IMG/VR virus record: IMGVR_UViG_3300032135_000005 | Span: 1-64,000 of that record | Length of the DNA: 64,000 nucleotides | Reading direction: 5' to 3' (one strand) | Origin: a virus | Taxonomy: Duplodnaviria; Caudoviricetes | In this document: piece by piece, positions 1 to 10,172 of the stretch | Layout: the number at the start of each line of letters is the position of its first letter | How positions within the stretch are numbered: position 1 is the first letter of the stretch | Program-made: the position numbers and the translations under genes | Notes under the pieces: model-generated | Seen by the model: the letters and a program-made list of their open reading frames with translations, nothing else | Told to the model about the DNA's origin: nothing | The model's database searches: none

Positions 1-2376
1 TGTTATATTAGAGTGTATCTGAGCTGAATAATCTGTTTCTGCTATAAAGTTAGCTAATCTATAATCATTAGCATACAATGAATTGGCTGCATTATTATTT
101 GAATTATCTATACCTACTGCATCAAAGTCAGTTGTTACAACTGGTATATATGGTGTTCCACTTACTTCTCCGTAAGCTACTTGTTTAGAACTAAATACAC
201 CTGTAGCTGAATTATAAGCTGTGAAATATTCCTTAGTTACTACAGCTTTAGTTACTGCTAATTGAGTGTCATCTGCTAAGTAAGCTAACGCAGGAATATC
301 TGTAGATAATAAATTTGTACCACTTGTAACTAATCCTTTCGCATCATACGTGATTTTTGTATTAGTTCCAGCAGTAATTGCAGTATTCTCATTTACTTTT
401 CCATCCAATGCACTTTGTAATCCTGTAATAAAACTAATAGCATGTGATGTAGGATTTACTTCTGCATCAGTTGTTAAGGTTAAAACTCCACCAGCTGAAT
501 AAGTTACGTGTAGATTTCCTGTTGTTACTAAATCAAAGTCATTTGTTGATTGTATAGTTTTTCTTTGTACTCCATCAGATTTTAAATTCCAATACTGATA
601 ATTATCGTAAGTTCCTGCGGGTTGGTAAACTCCCGTATGTAAGTGGTTTCCTTCTGAAACAGTCCCTGCTATTACTCCAAAATCTTTATTAAATCCAGTG
701 TTCTTAGTGAAAGCAGGTTCTTTACTATTGAATATATCCCAATCTGTATCTGATAAAGCACCAGTAGTAGAAGTACTTGCTAAAGCTAATGATAGAACTT
801 GAGATGGTAAAGTTCCTAAACTTAATCCATTTGCTGTACCTATTGTAACAGCATCATGTAAAGCTGATTCATCTACTAAAGTTGCATCAGTTATAATTGT
901 ATTTAATTCTGCAAGTGTGTCAATATCTTCTAAAAATAAGAATTGCTTTCTTTCAGATGCAGTAGTTATTGTTCCGTAAAATGCATCATCTAAAAACTCT
1001 ATTGCACCAATATCTGTAACTGTTTTTAAAGCACCTGATTCAAATTTTAAAGGTACTTTATCAATAGACCCAGCTTCTATGTGTATAGATGCAGTAGGTT
1101 CTAATATCCCAACTCCTAGGTTAGCATCTACAAGTAAGCTTCTTGAGCTTAATCCACCAGTTCCATCAGCCACTCCTATGATTTCTAATATTCTAGTACT
1201 AGCAATAGAGAACCCTACTCCTAATACATCTCCTGAAGTTGAGTCTGAATTTACTGGAATATCTACAATGTCCATTAGTTCTTGATTCACTACATGAAAT
1301 AATGATGAGATAGCTACTTTATTTCCAAATTCTATGAGGTTATCAGAAGATAGTTTTAGTATATTTGATATGTTACCTGCATAGTCAATTCCTTGTAGCC
1401 AGGAAGTATTGTTTGTACCTAATATTATATTACTATCAAATCTTCCTTCTCCATTAATCCACATATCAGCATCTTGTGGTAGTTCTATCTGATTTTGAAT
1501 GTAGTTAATTGAACCGCTTGAAGGAGTGTAATCATTTATATTTTTTGTAAAATCAAAATATTTGTTTACATTATCCCATATTGCAAATTGACCAGATTCT
1601 GTTAAAGGCGTTCCATTAACATCATCCATATCTGTAAATTTAGAATTCCAAGATGGTCTTAACTTTATTGCTCCATTAACTGCGTGTTTAACGATTACAT
1701 GCCCTATGTATATTCTTTGACCCGGTGCATTCGGCTCAACATTTGTTAGACTTCCTGCTGTTAATCCTACATAAATTATATCACCATTTGCCCACGTTTC
1801 ACCGTAAAGTGTTCCGGTAGTATTTAATTTTCTAACTTTCCCAAACCAAGTCACTTTACCAAATTCACCTACTGCAATACTTTGAGTTGTAAGACCCATT
1901 ATATACTGAGAAGGAAAAGAACCATCCGCTATAGCAGGTTGAATATTTATTCTGCCGCTTAGGCCTACTGGTGAATGAAACATTACTGGAGTTCCATTTG
2001 GAATTATTGAACCAGTATTATTTCTACCACCATCAAAGATCTCTTCAAACATTTGTCCAGTAACTCCACCAGGAAGTCCTACATCTAGTGTTCCATCATC
2101 AGAATTCCATCTCATTAAACCCACCGATACATTACTTGTCGTTGGTGTTAAATTAAATTGTATACCCTCCATAGTTGGAGAACCGTTTATAACCTCTTGT
2201 GGCGTTGTCTGATCTAGTTTTAGAAATCCTAAATCCTCAAGAACCTCTTCAGGTGTTCTGTAGGTTACTACATTTAATGAGTTTAACTGTAAAAAGTTAC
2301 CGACATCATTTAACCTTACAGGAAGTTCTAGACTTCCTATAATCTGTGTGTCTTGATTTATTACGTGTGTAGCCAT
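1..2376 (-). CDS. Tail fibre / receptor-binding-like protein (3' end runs off the window)
   Basis: Not in the ORF track. ATG at 2376 (MATHVINQDTQIIGSLELP...) reads open to position 1. Gly/Thr/Asn-rich, with fibre-like segments (LGVGILEPTASIHI; ITGLQSALDGK; TKITYDAKGLVTSG). Lies in the tail gene block. Confidence 0.7.
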   Translation of the reverse strand, partial: MATHVINQDTQIIGSLELPVRLNDVGNFLQLNSLNVVTYRTPEEVLEDLGFLKLDQTTPQEVINGSPTMEGIQFNLTPTTSNVSVGLMRWNSDDGTLDVGLPGGVTGQMFEEIFDGGRNNTGSIIPNGTPVMFHSPVGLSGRINIQPAIADGSFPSQYIMGLTTQSIAVGEFGKVTWFGKVRKLNTTGTLYGETWANGDIIYVGLTAGSLTNVEPNAPGQRIYIGHVIVKHAVNGAIKLRPSWNSKFTDMDDVNGTPLTESGQFAIWDNVNKYFDFTKNINDYTPSSGSINYIQNQIELPQDADMWINGEGRFDSNIILGTNNTSWLQGIDYAGNISNILKLSSDNLIEFGNKVAISSLFHVVNQELMDIVDIPVNSDSTSGDVLGVGFSIASTRILEIIGVADGTGGLSSRSLLVDANLGVGILEPTASIHIEAGSIDKVPLKFESGALKTVTDIGAIEFLDDAFYGTITTASERKQFLFLEDIDTLAELNTIITDATLVDESALHDAVTIGTANGLSLGTLPSQVLSLALASTSTTGALSDTDWDIFNSKEPAFTKNTGFNKDFGVIAGTVSEGNHLHTGVYQPAGTYDNYQYWNLKSDGVQRKTIQSTNDFDLVTTGNLHVTYSAGGVLTLTTDAEVNPTSHAISFITGLQSALDGKVNENTAITAGTNTKITYDAKGLVTSGTNLLSTDIPALAYLADDTQLAVTKAVVTKEYFTAYNSATGVFSSKQVAYGEVSGTPYIPVVTTDFDAVGIDNSNNNAANSLYANDYRLANFIAETDYSAQIHSNIT

Positions 2377-2379
2377 ATT

Positions 2380-2784
2380 TTATACCCATGTTTCGTGTAC
2401 AGTTCTCCTCCAAGTATCTGTTGCGATACAAAGATATAAATAATTTGCATCCCATCTAACTTCTCCTGCAGTTCCTGTATCAGTTGCTGAGGTTGGAGGT
2501 GGATTAAAAGTTCCCAGTCTTAACTGTCCAATTTCAAGGACTTTTGGTATGATAGTATCTCCGTTTCCATCTACATAAATCTTAGAGGCTGGATCTATTA
2601 TAGGATTCCCACTAAATGACATCCATTGAACTCCTGACCATCCATAGTATTCTTTATTAACTGTATGAAAGAACCATAATCCTTCATCATCAGGTCCAAC
2701 AGTAGGAAAAGTAATGGCATCAGGTGCACGCATCTCAGCTGTGCGGGATCTATCAAAATCTAATAAAGCTACACTAATTTTCAT
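2380..2784 (-). CDS. Small tail/fibre-associated protein
   Basis: C-terminal module PPTSATDTGTAGEVRWDANYLYLCIATDTWRR, paralogous to the C-terminus of 4965..5270. Confidence 0.55.
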   Translation of the reverse strand: MKISVALLDFDRSRTAEMRAPDAITFPTVGPDDEGLWFFHTVNKEYYGWSGVQWMSFSGNPIIDPASKIYVDGNGDTIIPKVLEIGQLRLGTFNPPPTSATDTGTAGEVRWDANYLYLCIATDTWRRTVHETWV

Positions 2785-2788
2785 ATTG

Positions 2789-4435
2789 TTAGTTTAAGAT
2801 TACTGTTCCTTGTATTGCGTTAATATATGTTATTCTTAAGTTGTTAATGTCAATGTCTTCTTCATCTCCTATTAATCGGTTTCCCGAAGAGTCATAAACT
2901 CTTACTGCAGGAAACTTGCCCATATCGTGTGGAATGTTCCATACAGTTGCTAGAGTTCCTTGTACATGTACTACGTTTTTGTCCTTATTGGCTTCAACTA
3001 AAGTATCTACGGCAAGAGATGTTGGATACGTAATATCATCAGGAGCAGTAAAGTCTGTTACTTTATTTGCAACGTCTTCAGGTATAAATTGTAAAGCATC
3101 AATAACTGCTTGATATGTTACAGGAAAAGTAGCACCTTCGATATTAGAGAACTTCCCTAGATGAAAGAGCCTAAATGTAGCTGGGTCACTAAGGTCTGAT
3201 ATACCTTGTTTAAGTATGATGTATGCTCTATGAACAGCTTCAGCGTGTAAGAAAGGTTCTTCTACGTAGATATCTCCTTCTAATCCTGCAGTAGCATCTT
3301 GCATTGTATCATATTCTGCCTGTCCGTACTGAATTCTAACTGTACCATCAGGTAGTATAAATATTCTTTGAGCTGTGTATAAATCTGCTGTCACGGCGAC
3401 TAGAGACCCTGCATCGTCCCACATGTTTGGGTTAAGACTCGTAGTAGGAATATACTCTATACTATCTTGTTGTCTATATTGAAATACTTGTTGTATAGCT
3501 AAAGCTACTGGTAAGTTATGCGGATCTTGATAATCATTGGCACTATTAATTCCTAATTTGAATATAGTTCCAGCAGTTTTATTAATTGTCATTCCGGTTC
3601 CATTCGCTGAGAATTTATTCCCGTCTGTATTTAAAGCTCCTACTGATACGAATAAATCGTGTAGTTGTGAGATTCCAGCCATAGGCTGTGGAGCAATATT
3701 ACTGACATCATCTACAATTGTATTGTCAATGTGAGAAAGGAAACCAAGTACAATTATACTTCTGCGTTCTGACGGTGTAAATGGAGTACTACTCTGCACT
3801 ATAGAAGCAACTAATGTTGTAGAGTTATACGAGATTCCAATGTAAGTGACAGGATTTGTAGCTAAGTATGCTGGAACTATATCCGTGAATGGTCCAAATT
3901 CTACCAAAGATGTTACAGGAGGTACAAAAGAGTCTGTTGGTGTCCATTCATTAAGTATTCCTATGCCTGCTGCTATATCGAACAAAGTCGGATCAGCATT
4001 TATAGCAATTAAACCAAACTTTATAAGTCCAGTTACATAAGGGTTCTTTAACCCAACGAAATTATTTATTTCTGCTTGAGTATATTTATCTAAATCGGAG
4101 ATATCAACTTCAAGATGCGTGTGAGCTAATGGTGGTTGTTGAATGTGTGTATGTGTTGTTAAAGAATAATCAGAGAACTTCGCTATTAAATCTAATTGGT
4201 CTTCAAGAGTTCCAATAATATCTCCCCATTCAACTGGAATAGGCCCTGAAATAGGAAGCCATTCAGGTACACTCTGAAAATATCTATATTCTATGTCCTC
4301 ATCTAATACAAATGAAGTCATCCTATCATACTTAACAGGTATTAAAGCTAAACTAGTAAACGTATCTACTTGCATACGTGCATCAATTGGCATTGGTGCA
4401 TTTATCTGAAATCCTATGTTTAAATTCTTAGGCAT
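2789..4435 (-). CDS. Tail fibre-like structural protein
   Basis: N-terminal LNIGF..APMPIDAR module, WGDIIGTLEDQLDL and HTH.. fibre motifs, C-terminal WNIPHDMGKFPAVRVYD module. Confidence 0.6.
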   Translation of the reverse strand: MPKNLNIGFQINAPMPIDARMQVDTFTSLALIPVKYDRMTSFVLDEDIEYRYFQSVPEWLPISGPIPVEWGDIIGTLEDQLDLIAKFSDYSLTTHTHIQQPPLAHTHLEVDISDLDKYTQAEINNFVGLKNPYVTGLIKFGLIAINADPTLFDIAAGIGILNEWTPTDSFVPPVTSLVEFGPFTDIVPAYLATNPVTYIGISYNSTTLVASIVQSSTPFTPSERRSIIVLGFLSHIDNTIVDDVSNIAPQPMAGISQLHDLFVSVGALNTDGNKFSANGTGMTINKTAGTIFKLGINSANDYQDPHNLPVALAIQQVFQYRQQDSIEYIPTTSLNPNMWDDAGSLVAVTADLYTAQRIFILPDGTVRIQYGQAEYDTMQDATAGLEGDIYVEEPFLHAEAVHRAYIILKQGISDLSDPATFRLFHLGKFSNIEGATFPVTYQAVIDALQFIPEDVANKVTDFTAPDDITYPTSLAVDTLVEANKDKNVVHVQGTLATVWNIPHDMGKFPAVRVYDSSGNRLIGDEEDIDINNLRITYINAIQGTVILN

Positions 4436-4438
4436 AAT

Positions 4439-4951
4439 TTAATAAATTAAGTATTTAGTTCCTGCTACTAGTGTTACATCTATAACTGCTTGGTCATAAT
4501 CTGCTTGGCTTATTTCAACTATATTAGTTATTGCAGAACTTCCTGTAGGTTCTCCCGTAATGGTGGATATTAGTATCTCTGTTACTGTTGATTGAGAACC
4601 TAAAGATATAAAGTTTTGAGCTGTTAGTGTACTTGTTACATTCATAGCACCACTAACAGTTCCTCCTATCTTAGGAAATTTTAAGTTTAAAGCACTTTGT
4701 AAATCTGCCTGAGCTGACAGAGTTCCTGTTATAGTTCCCCAAGTAGTTGCTGTTGCAGATCCTCCTGGAACATAAAGACTCCAAGAACCACTGACGTAGC
4801 GATAATCTGTATCCTCATCTTCTACATAAGTAATAAGGCCATTATACGGAATTGTAATATTCGCAAGACCAGAATAGGTAGAGACTTTAAATCTAGAATC
4901 TATTGGTAGTGGTGCGAATACTGTAAAACCTATATTAAGTGCTTTGCTCAT
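4439..4951 (-). CDS. Short fibre-like structural protein
   Basis: N-terminus paralogous to 2789..4435 (LNIGF..APLPIDSR; WGTITGTLSAQADLQSAL). Confidence 0.55.
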   Translation of the reverse strand: MSKALNIGFTVFAPLPIDSRFKVSTYSGLANITIPYNGLITYVEDEDTDYRYVSGSWSLYVPGGSATATTWGTITGTLSAQADLQSALNLKFPKIGGTVSGAMNVTSTLTAQNFISLGSQSTVTEILISTITGEPTGSSAITNIVEISQADYDQAVIDVTLVAGTKYLIY

Positions 4952-4964
4952 AATTTACATTAGT

Positions 4965-5270
4965 TTATACCCAAGCGGCTGTTGCTACTCTTTCCCAACT
5001 GTTTGTTGCTACACAAGTATAAATAAATCCTGCTTCAATAGCAATCTGTCCTGTAGTTCCTGTTGAGGTTGCTGTTGCAGGGACTGCTACAACTTCAGCA
5101 AAACTTAGTTCAGTTGCTTGTAATCCTAATTTTATAGGATTTCCTTGAGTATTATAGAAGTACATTATACGCGTATCTTGCGCGATAAAACGAACTCCTG
5201 GTTTGTCTCTTACAAGTTTCTCTGCATCATTCCCAATGTACAATTTGCCTTTTTGAATTTCTATAATCAT
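4965..5270 (-). CDS. Small tail/fibre-associated protein
   Basis: C-terminal module PATATSTGTTGQIAIEAGFIYTCVATNSWER, paralogous to 2380..2784. Confidence 0.55.
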   Translation of the reverse strand: MIIEIQKGKLYIGNDAEKLVRDKPGVRFIAQDTRIMYFYNTQGNPIKLGLQATELSFAEVVAVPATATSTGTTGQIAIEAGFIYTCVATNSWERVATAAWV

Positions 5271-5290
5271 GATTTTAAAATTTAAGTTAA

Positions 5291-6487
5291 TTATCTGTAT
5301 AAAGTTAAAGTTGAAACGAGTGGTGACCTATACCCCCATCTGTAGACAGAGTAGATAATACCATTAACAAGAACATCTACGGGTGGACGAATAAAATCTC
5401 CCACTGCAATTATAGATGAGTTGGCTCCAAATTCTACCCACTTAGTGTAATCTCCTGCTGTCTGAATCTTAGGTACAGCTATAAATCCTTGCTGTCCTGC
5501 TGTTGTATCCACATTCATAGTTACTTGCTCTGTAGTGTCCTGGAAATCCGAAACTCTGGCTAAAATTTTAGCTTGTGTTACTGTAACTGCAGTATCATCT
5601 GCAGTAGATTCTTTATTATAATAAGATTTATCCCATACATTTACAGTTATTACTATATCTTCCATATTAGTAGCACTAAGTGTCCACGTAATTGGTCCAT
5701 ATACTGATAAAGGATATTCTAAAGGAACTGCTGGTGTGTAGGAATTTCCTGTTACAGCTTGAGCAATAAGAACTCCTTCGGAATCTGTAATAGTCATACC
5801 GGCAGGTACTCCTGTTGTCTCCCATGTAAACTGGGTGATAGTCAGAGTTGACCCTACTTCAGCTGCTGGTACGTAAGAGTCGAAAGTGAATGTACTTAGG
5901 TCTACGGTTCCTGATGCAGTTAAAGCTAAATCCCATATATCTTGTAGCAAAGTTCCAATAGGAAACACTTGCCCTATGTAGATTGAACCTAAACTTACTT
6001 GAGAAGTTATCTCAACTGTGAGGGCACCTCCAGCACCTAATAAATCTAGTTGGTCTTGTAGAGTACTGTCTCCTGCTATTCTATCTGCAATCTCTGCGAT
6101 TAAGTTATCTGATATAACTATGTCTTCGTCTATACTTGCTTGCTCTACTGCATTAAGTTGTGGAATAGTAGCATATACACCTACGCCTGGAGTTCCTCCT
6201 CCTGCCACGGGTGTGTACTCTAATCCTACAAATCCAAAAGATACCAGATTTCCTTCTATTGAATAGTAGTCAGTCATCCCTTGAATTTCATCTGCAGTCC
6301 AAGTTAATGTAGAACTTTCCAGAACTTCGATAGAGAGTTGCAACTCAATAGAGAGCTGTACTTTGTAGTCATCAATATCATTACGAGAATACTCTTCTAC
6401 CAGAGCTACCGTTAATTCCGCTATTTTTTGCTTAGCTCTACTTACGTAAAGAGCTTCAGCCGTTGATAATACTCTATCGTAGTACAT
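5291..6487 (-). CDS. Putative tail-associated structural protein
   Basis: 398-aa ORF in the tail block; helical N-terminus, coiled segment (EIADRIAGDSTLQDQLD), beta-rich C-terminus. Confidence 0.45.
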   Translation of the reverse strand: MYYDRVLSTAEALYVSRAKQKIAELTVALVEEYSRNDIDDYKVQLSIELQLSIEVLESSTLTWTADEIQGMTDYYSIEGNLVSFGFVGLEYTPVAGGGTPGVGVYATIPQLNAVEQASIDEDIVISDNLIAEIADRIAGDSTLQDQLDLLGAGGALTVEITSQVSLGSIYIGQVFPIGTLLQDIWDLALTASGTVDLSTFTFDSYVPAAEVGSTLTITQFTWETTGVPAGMTITDSEGVLIAQAVTGNSYTPAVPLEYPLSVYGPITWTLSATNMEDIVITVNVWDKSYYNKESTADDTAVTVTQAKILARVSDFQDTTEQVTMNVDTTAGQQGFIAVPKIQTAGDYTKWVEFGANSSIIAVGDFIRPPVDVLVNGIIYSVYRWGYRSPLVSTLTLYR

Positions 6488-6490
6488 AAT

Positions 6491-7138
6491 TTAAGATATT
6501 TGTTTGTTTACTCTAATGTCGTCTAAGTTCTCTACAATACCGTAGTAATTGCTGTACAATCCTAAAGCCCAATTATACCCGGCACCATCAATAAGAGCTG
6601 CAAAGTAATCCAAGTCAGTTCTTTTGTAATACAATTTATTTTGGTCGGCTCCATTAAGTATGTCATATTTTACCTGAGCAATGTATTCAAGATTCAATTG
6701 GTTCTTATACGTGTAAGCATAAGCTAAATAAGGAACTTCAAACGTTACCGAGTAAACTGCATCTCCAATATGATCAGCTAAATCTACTATGTCCCAAGTT
6801 GCTCCATTATACATCTTAAGTAAGTCATCTGTATCTACTGCAATGTCTCCATTTACGGGACTTGTAGTTACGGCTACTGTTAAGAACGCGTACCCTAAGA
6901 ACGTGTATCTTCCATCAGCGTTAGTTACCGCTGACCAACTTACATCCGTGGTAGGTTCTTCCGGAGTGACTGCAATTGGTGAAGATGTCGCACTAAGTCT
7001 GTAACTACCTGTTACAAATACTCCGTAACTAGATCTTGCTCCTTCAGCTGAATCTGCCCAAACAGATACATCGTCGATTGCTAAATTGGCACCTTCATTT
7101 GAGATGCTTCCTGTTGCTAATAATAATTCAAATGCCAT
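6491..7138 (-). CDS. Putative tail hub / fibre-attachment structural protein
   Basis: 215-aa ORF between cargo genes and fibre genes; assigned by position only. Confidence 0.35.
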   Translation of the reverse strand: MAFELLLATGSISNEGANLAIDDVSVWADSAEGARSSYGVFVTGSYRLSATSSPIAVTPEEPTTDVSWSAVTNADGRYTFLGYAFLTVAVTTSPVNGDIAVDTDDLLKMYNGATWDIVDLADHIGDAVYSVTFEVPYLAYAYTYKNQLNLEYIAQVKYDILNGADQNKLYYKRTDLDYFAALIDGAGYNWALGLYSNYYGIVENLDDIRVNKQIS

Positions 7139-7150
7139 AATATTTTAGTT

Positions 7151-10100
7151 TTAATTTAACCATTTACTTCTTTCGTGTAATCCTTCTGGAGTAAAAGATA
7201 CTAAATGTTTATAAAAAGGAAGTGTTTTTCCTAATTTAACTTTTAATCTATTTTCACCTTTTCTCCATCCTGCTTCATATTCCTCTAAAGGATAGGCCAT
7301 CTGAGCAGTTAATTCATATAATGACTCTCCTAAACTTACTGTAGCAGCAGGAGATCTTAATAATTTTAAAGCTTCTGGTATACTTGCATAAGCACTTAAT
7401 TCTGCTCTAAATCTCAACAGTTCATATTGTGAAAATCTGAATGCTCCTAATGCAAGTCTATCTTCCCAATTGTCTCCATCGTAATCATCTTCTATTTCTT
7501 TTCCGATTTTCCCGAACATAACACTTGCTAAGGCTGTAACAGTAATCATAGAAGCTTCTACTAAGAACCTCCTTATATTAGCTTTTTCGTGCGGTGTCAG
7601 ATGTGCCCAATTTTCTTTTGCTACTGCTAAGTTAAACTTTTTTATATCTCTTGCAAAGCTAAACAAAGCTCTACCACCTGAACGATAAAATCCTTCAACA
7701 TCTTGCTCTAGCAAATGATTAGGACTAGCTTTCCCGTATCTTTTTTTAGCTGATTCTGCCATCCAACCTCTAAATTGTAGCAACATATCACCCAAGGCGT
7801 GTTGTTTTGCAGCACCCGCAGTCTTAGGACTATAGTTACCGTGAGATTTTCTATTAACTCCTCCTATTTTATCCCCTATTCTATTTTGTTGCTTCGTATC
7901 ATATTGAACTAATGAACCATCTTTCTCTTTAATGTAAACGTCATCAATTACTAATTTACCTTCCTTAAGAGAATGTACATTTAACAGAGTTCCTATTTCA
8001 GTTCCTGATTTATCGTATGTTTTAGTTGCATCAAGCATTGCTAGTCCAGATCTTACCTGAAGTAAATGCTCAGCACCTGAAGTTAGAAAGTATGCTGTAC
8101 TTGTTTTTAGTAGCCTTCTCATTCTAGTTCTCTCGGCAGTACTAATTTGCTCTCCACCATAATTCTGCAAGAGATCATAATGCTCTTCTATTAAATTAAC
8201 TATAGATGAAGGAGTTCTTGCACCTATATCTCCTAGCATATTTGAAGTATCTTTACGATAAAACGTACTAGCAGTCTTTAAATTTTTAAATGAATAGTAC
8301 TCTCCACCTGCGGCTTCCATTAAATTAGAATACTCTCCGTATGTTGTATTAGCTCCAGCTGCTGTTAAATTAAATGGTATTTGTAGTATTGATGTGGCTC
8401 TAGTTACCCCTCTAAGACCTTTATTAACATCTACATTAGTTCCTAATATATTTATAGCTCCTAAATCCTCTTGCCTCATTCCGTATAATTGCATATCATA
8501 CACTTTCATCAACTGTTTATATGCAGTAGACTCTGGACCTGTAACATCAGAGTTTCCATAAGTCCTTTTCTCAGAACCTACAACTTCAGCTATTGCATCA
8601 AACACGTGAACCTGCTCGTACTTCGCTGTAAAACTAGTAGCCATTACGTGAAAAGCTTGAAGATTACTAGCTACATCTCTAGAAATTACTTTAAGTAGTT
8701 CTGATTTTGCTTTTGCTTCAGCTGCTTCTTCTGCTAATATGTCTGCCTCTTCGTGAGATTTCCCCTGTTCAGTATAAATATCATATATTTTTTTATAAGC
8801 TTTTTTGTACTCAACAGAATTATATTTTTGTGTATAGAAAGTAGGGATTCTCTTGACAGGTTTTCCTGTAGAGTCTTTTAATTGCCCTTTTTCCATATCT
8901 AGATTAGTAGCTATAATTTTATTTCTCATGTTATCCTTTAGTACATTGTACTTGTCAGCCATATTACCTCCTTGAAGTAATTCTAATTCTGATCTCATAA
9001 CACTCGGCATACGCGTACCCATCTTAGATGAAGTAGGAAGACCCACATCAAGAGTTCTCATTGTATCGTTGTAGAACACAAGAAAGTCCATTAATGCCGG
9101 ACGTCCTTTTATAGTGGCCAATTTAGCTAACATCTTTTGATGTAGAGGTGTTGTATTGTCTGCTGTAACAGTAGTATCTATTACATGAAGTTCGTTGTTA
9201 TGTTCTACTAAGATATCATCAAATACTGTATCTGCTTTACCTGAGTACTCAGCTTCTACAGCTTCTAGTTTACCTTGTAGATCCTTACTAAAATCTATAC
9301 CTTGTCTACGTGCTTTATGATCAGTTCCTCTTAGTCGTTTAGACGCTTCAAATAAAAGTCTATCTTTACTATCTCCCATATGCATCACCTGGTACTCAGT
9401 CCAAGTTACATCCTGAGGTGCACTATCTAATACTGCTCTAATATCTTTTTTGGACCAAGTAGGGTCATCTTTATGAAACTCTTCAACTAAGAACTCCTTA
9501 GATTTAGCTACATAGAAGTTTTGTATATCATTAATTTTCTCTGTTGTTCCATCAACCATTTTAAAACTATCTGAAAACAAAGATGCTACTTCAGAAGAGT
9601 CTAATAGTTGAGATTTCATAGTTCCTATTATGTCATAACTTGATGCTGTTTTATTTAATCCAGAAAATGTTACAATATCTTCTCTTGTTACAGCCGGCTT
9701 CTTAAATGCTGTCTCTGCTATTTGATATAATGAATTAACGTGAGCAGATGCAGACTCAAAGAACTTAGGAATACTAGTGTTTACTGATTCTGTTTCTAGG
9801 ATTTCTAGTAATTTTTGAAGGTTAGCAACATGTGTGTTGTCTCCTTTGTACTGCAAGTACTCAATTCTGTTCTCTATTTTAGCAATTATTTTTGGAATAT
9901 TATTGACTAACTTCTTAAATATTTCAGCAGCGTAGTCAAGTTCTACTTTAGCGTAGTCAACTCCGTGAGTGTATCTACCTGCAGCTATATCATCGTATAT
10001 AGGTTCTCCATTAAGATCGTTTTTACCCTGATACTCTTCTACGAATGCATCAGTTTTTGTGTAAAAGTACATATCTATTGCATCATCACTAGTCACAGTA

Positions 10101-10171
10101 GCTTTTACTATATCTTTAAATAAGATAGAGTCTCTTCCATTAGGTGCTTTAAGATTTAATTCACAAGCCAT
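7151..10171 (-). CDS. Large virion cargo protein (downstream partner of the virion RNAP)
   Basis: 1006 aa, helical, follows the RNAP gene with a 1-nt gap. N-terminal C..K APNG..S.LF module resembles the RNAP N-terminus. Typical crAss-like giant-gene block. Confidence 0.65.
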   Translation of the reverse strand: MACELNLKAPNGRDSILFKDIVKATVTSDDAIDMYFYTKTDAFVEEYQGKNDLNGEPIYDDIAAGRYTHGVDYAKVELDYAAEIFKKLVNNIPKIIAKIENRIEYLQYKGDNTHVANLQKLLEILETESVNTSIPKFFESASAHVNSLYQIAETAFKKPAVTREDIVTFSGLNKTASSYDIIGTMKSQLLDSSEVASLFSDSFKMVDGTTEKINDIQNFYVAKSKEFLVEEFHKDDPTWSKKDIRAVLDSAPQDVTWTEYQVMHMGDSKDRLLFEASKRLRGTDHKARRQGIDFSKDLQGKLEAVEAEYSGKADTVFDDILVEHNNELHVIDTTVTADNTTPLHQKMLAKLATIKGRPALMDFLVFYNDTMRTLDVGLPTSSKMGTRMPSVMRSELELLQGGNMADKYNVLKDNMRNKIIATNLDMEKGQLKDSTGKPVKRIPTFYTQKYNSVEYKKAYKKIYDIYTEQGKSHEEADILAEEAAEAKAKSELLKVISRDVASNLQAFHVMATSFTAKYEQVHVFDAIAEVVGSEKRTYGNSDVTGPESTAYKQLMKVYDMQLYGMRQEDLGAINILGTNVDVNKGLRGVTRATSILQIPFNLTAAGANTTYGEYSNLMEAAGGEYYSFKNLKTASTFYRKDTSNMLGDIGARTPSSIVNLIEEHYDLLQNYGGEQISTAERTRMRRLLKTSTAYFLTSGAEHLLQVRSGLAMLDATKTYDKSGTEIGTLLNVHSLKEGKLVIDDVYIKEKDGSLVQYDTKQQNRIGDKIGGVNRKSHGNYSPKTAGAAKQHALGDMLLQFRGWMAESAKKRYGKASPNHLLEQDVEGFYRSGGRALFSFARDIKKFNLAVAKENWAHLTPHEKANIRRFLVEASMITVTALASVMFGKIGKEIEDDYDGDNWEDRLALGAFRFSQYELLRFRAELSAYASIPEALKLLRSPAATVSLGESLYELTAQMAYPLEEYEAGWRKGENRLKVKLGKTLPFYKHLVSFTPEGLHERSKWLN

Positions 10172-10172
10172 A

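Noticed and set aside
1-5270. Diversity-generating retroelement acting on fibre genes
   Set aside because: No reverse transcriptase and no TR/VR-like near-identical repeat pair seen in this window.
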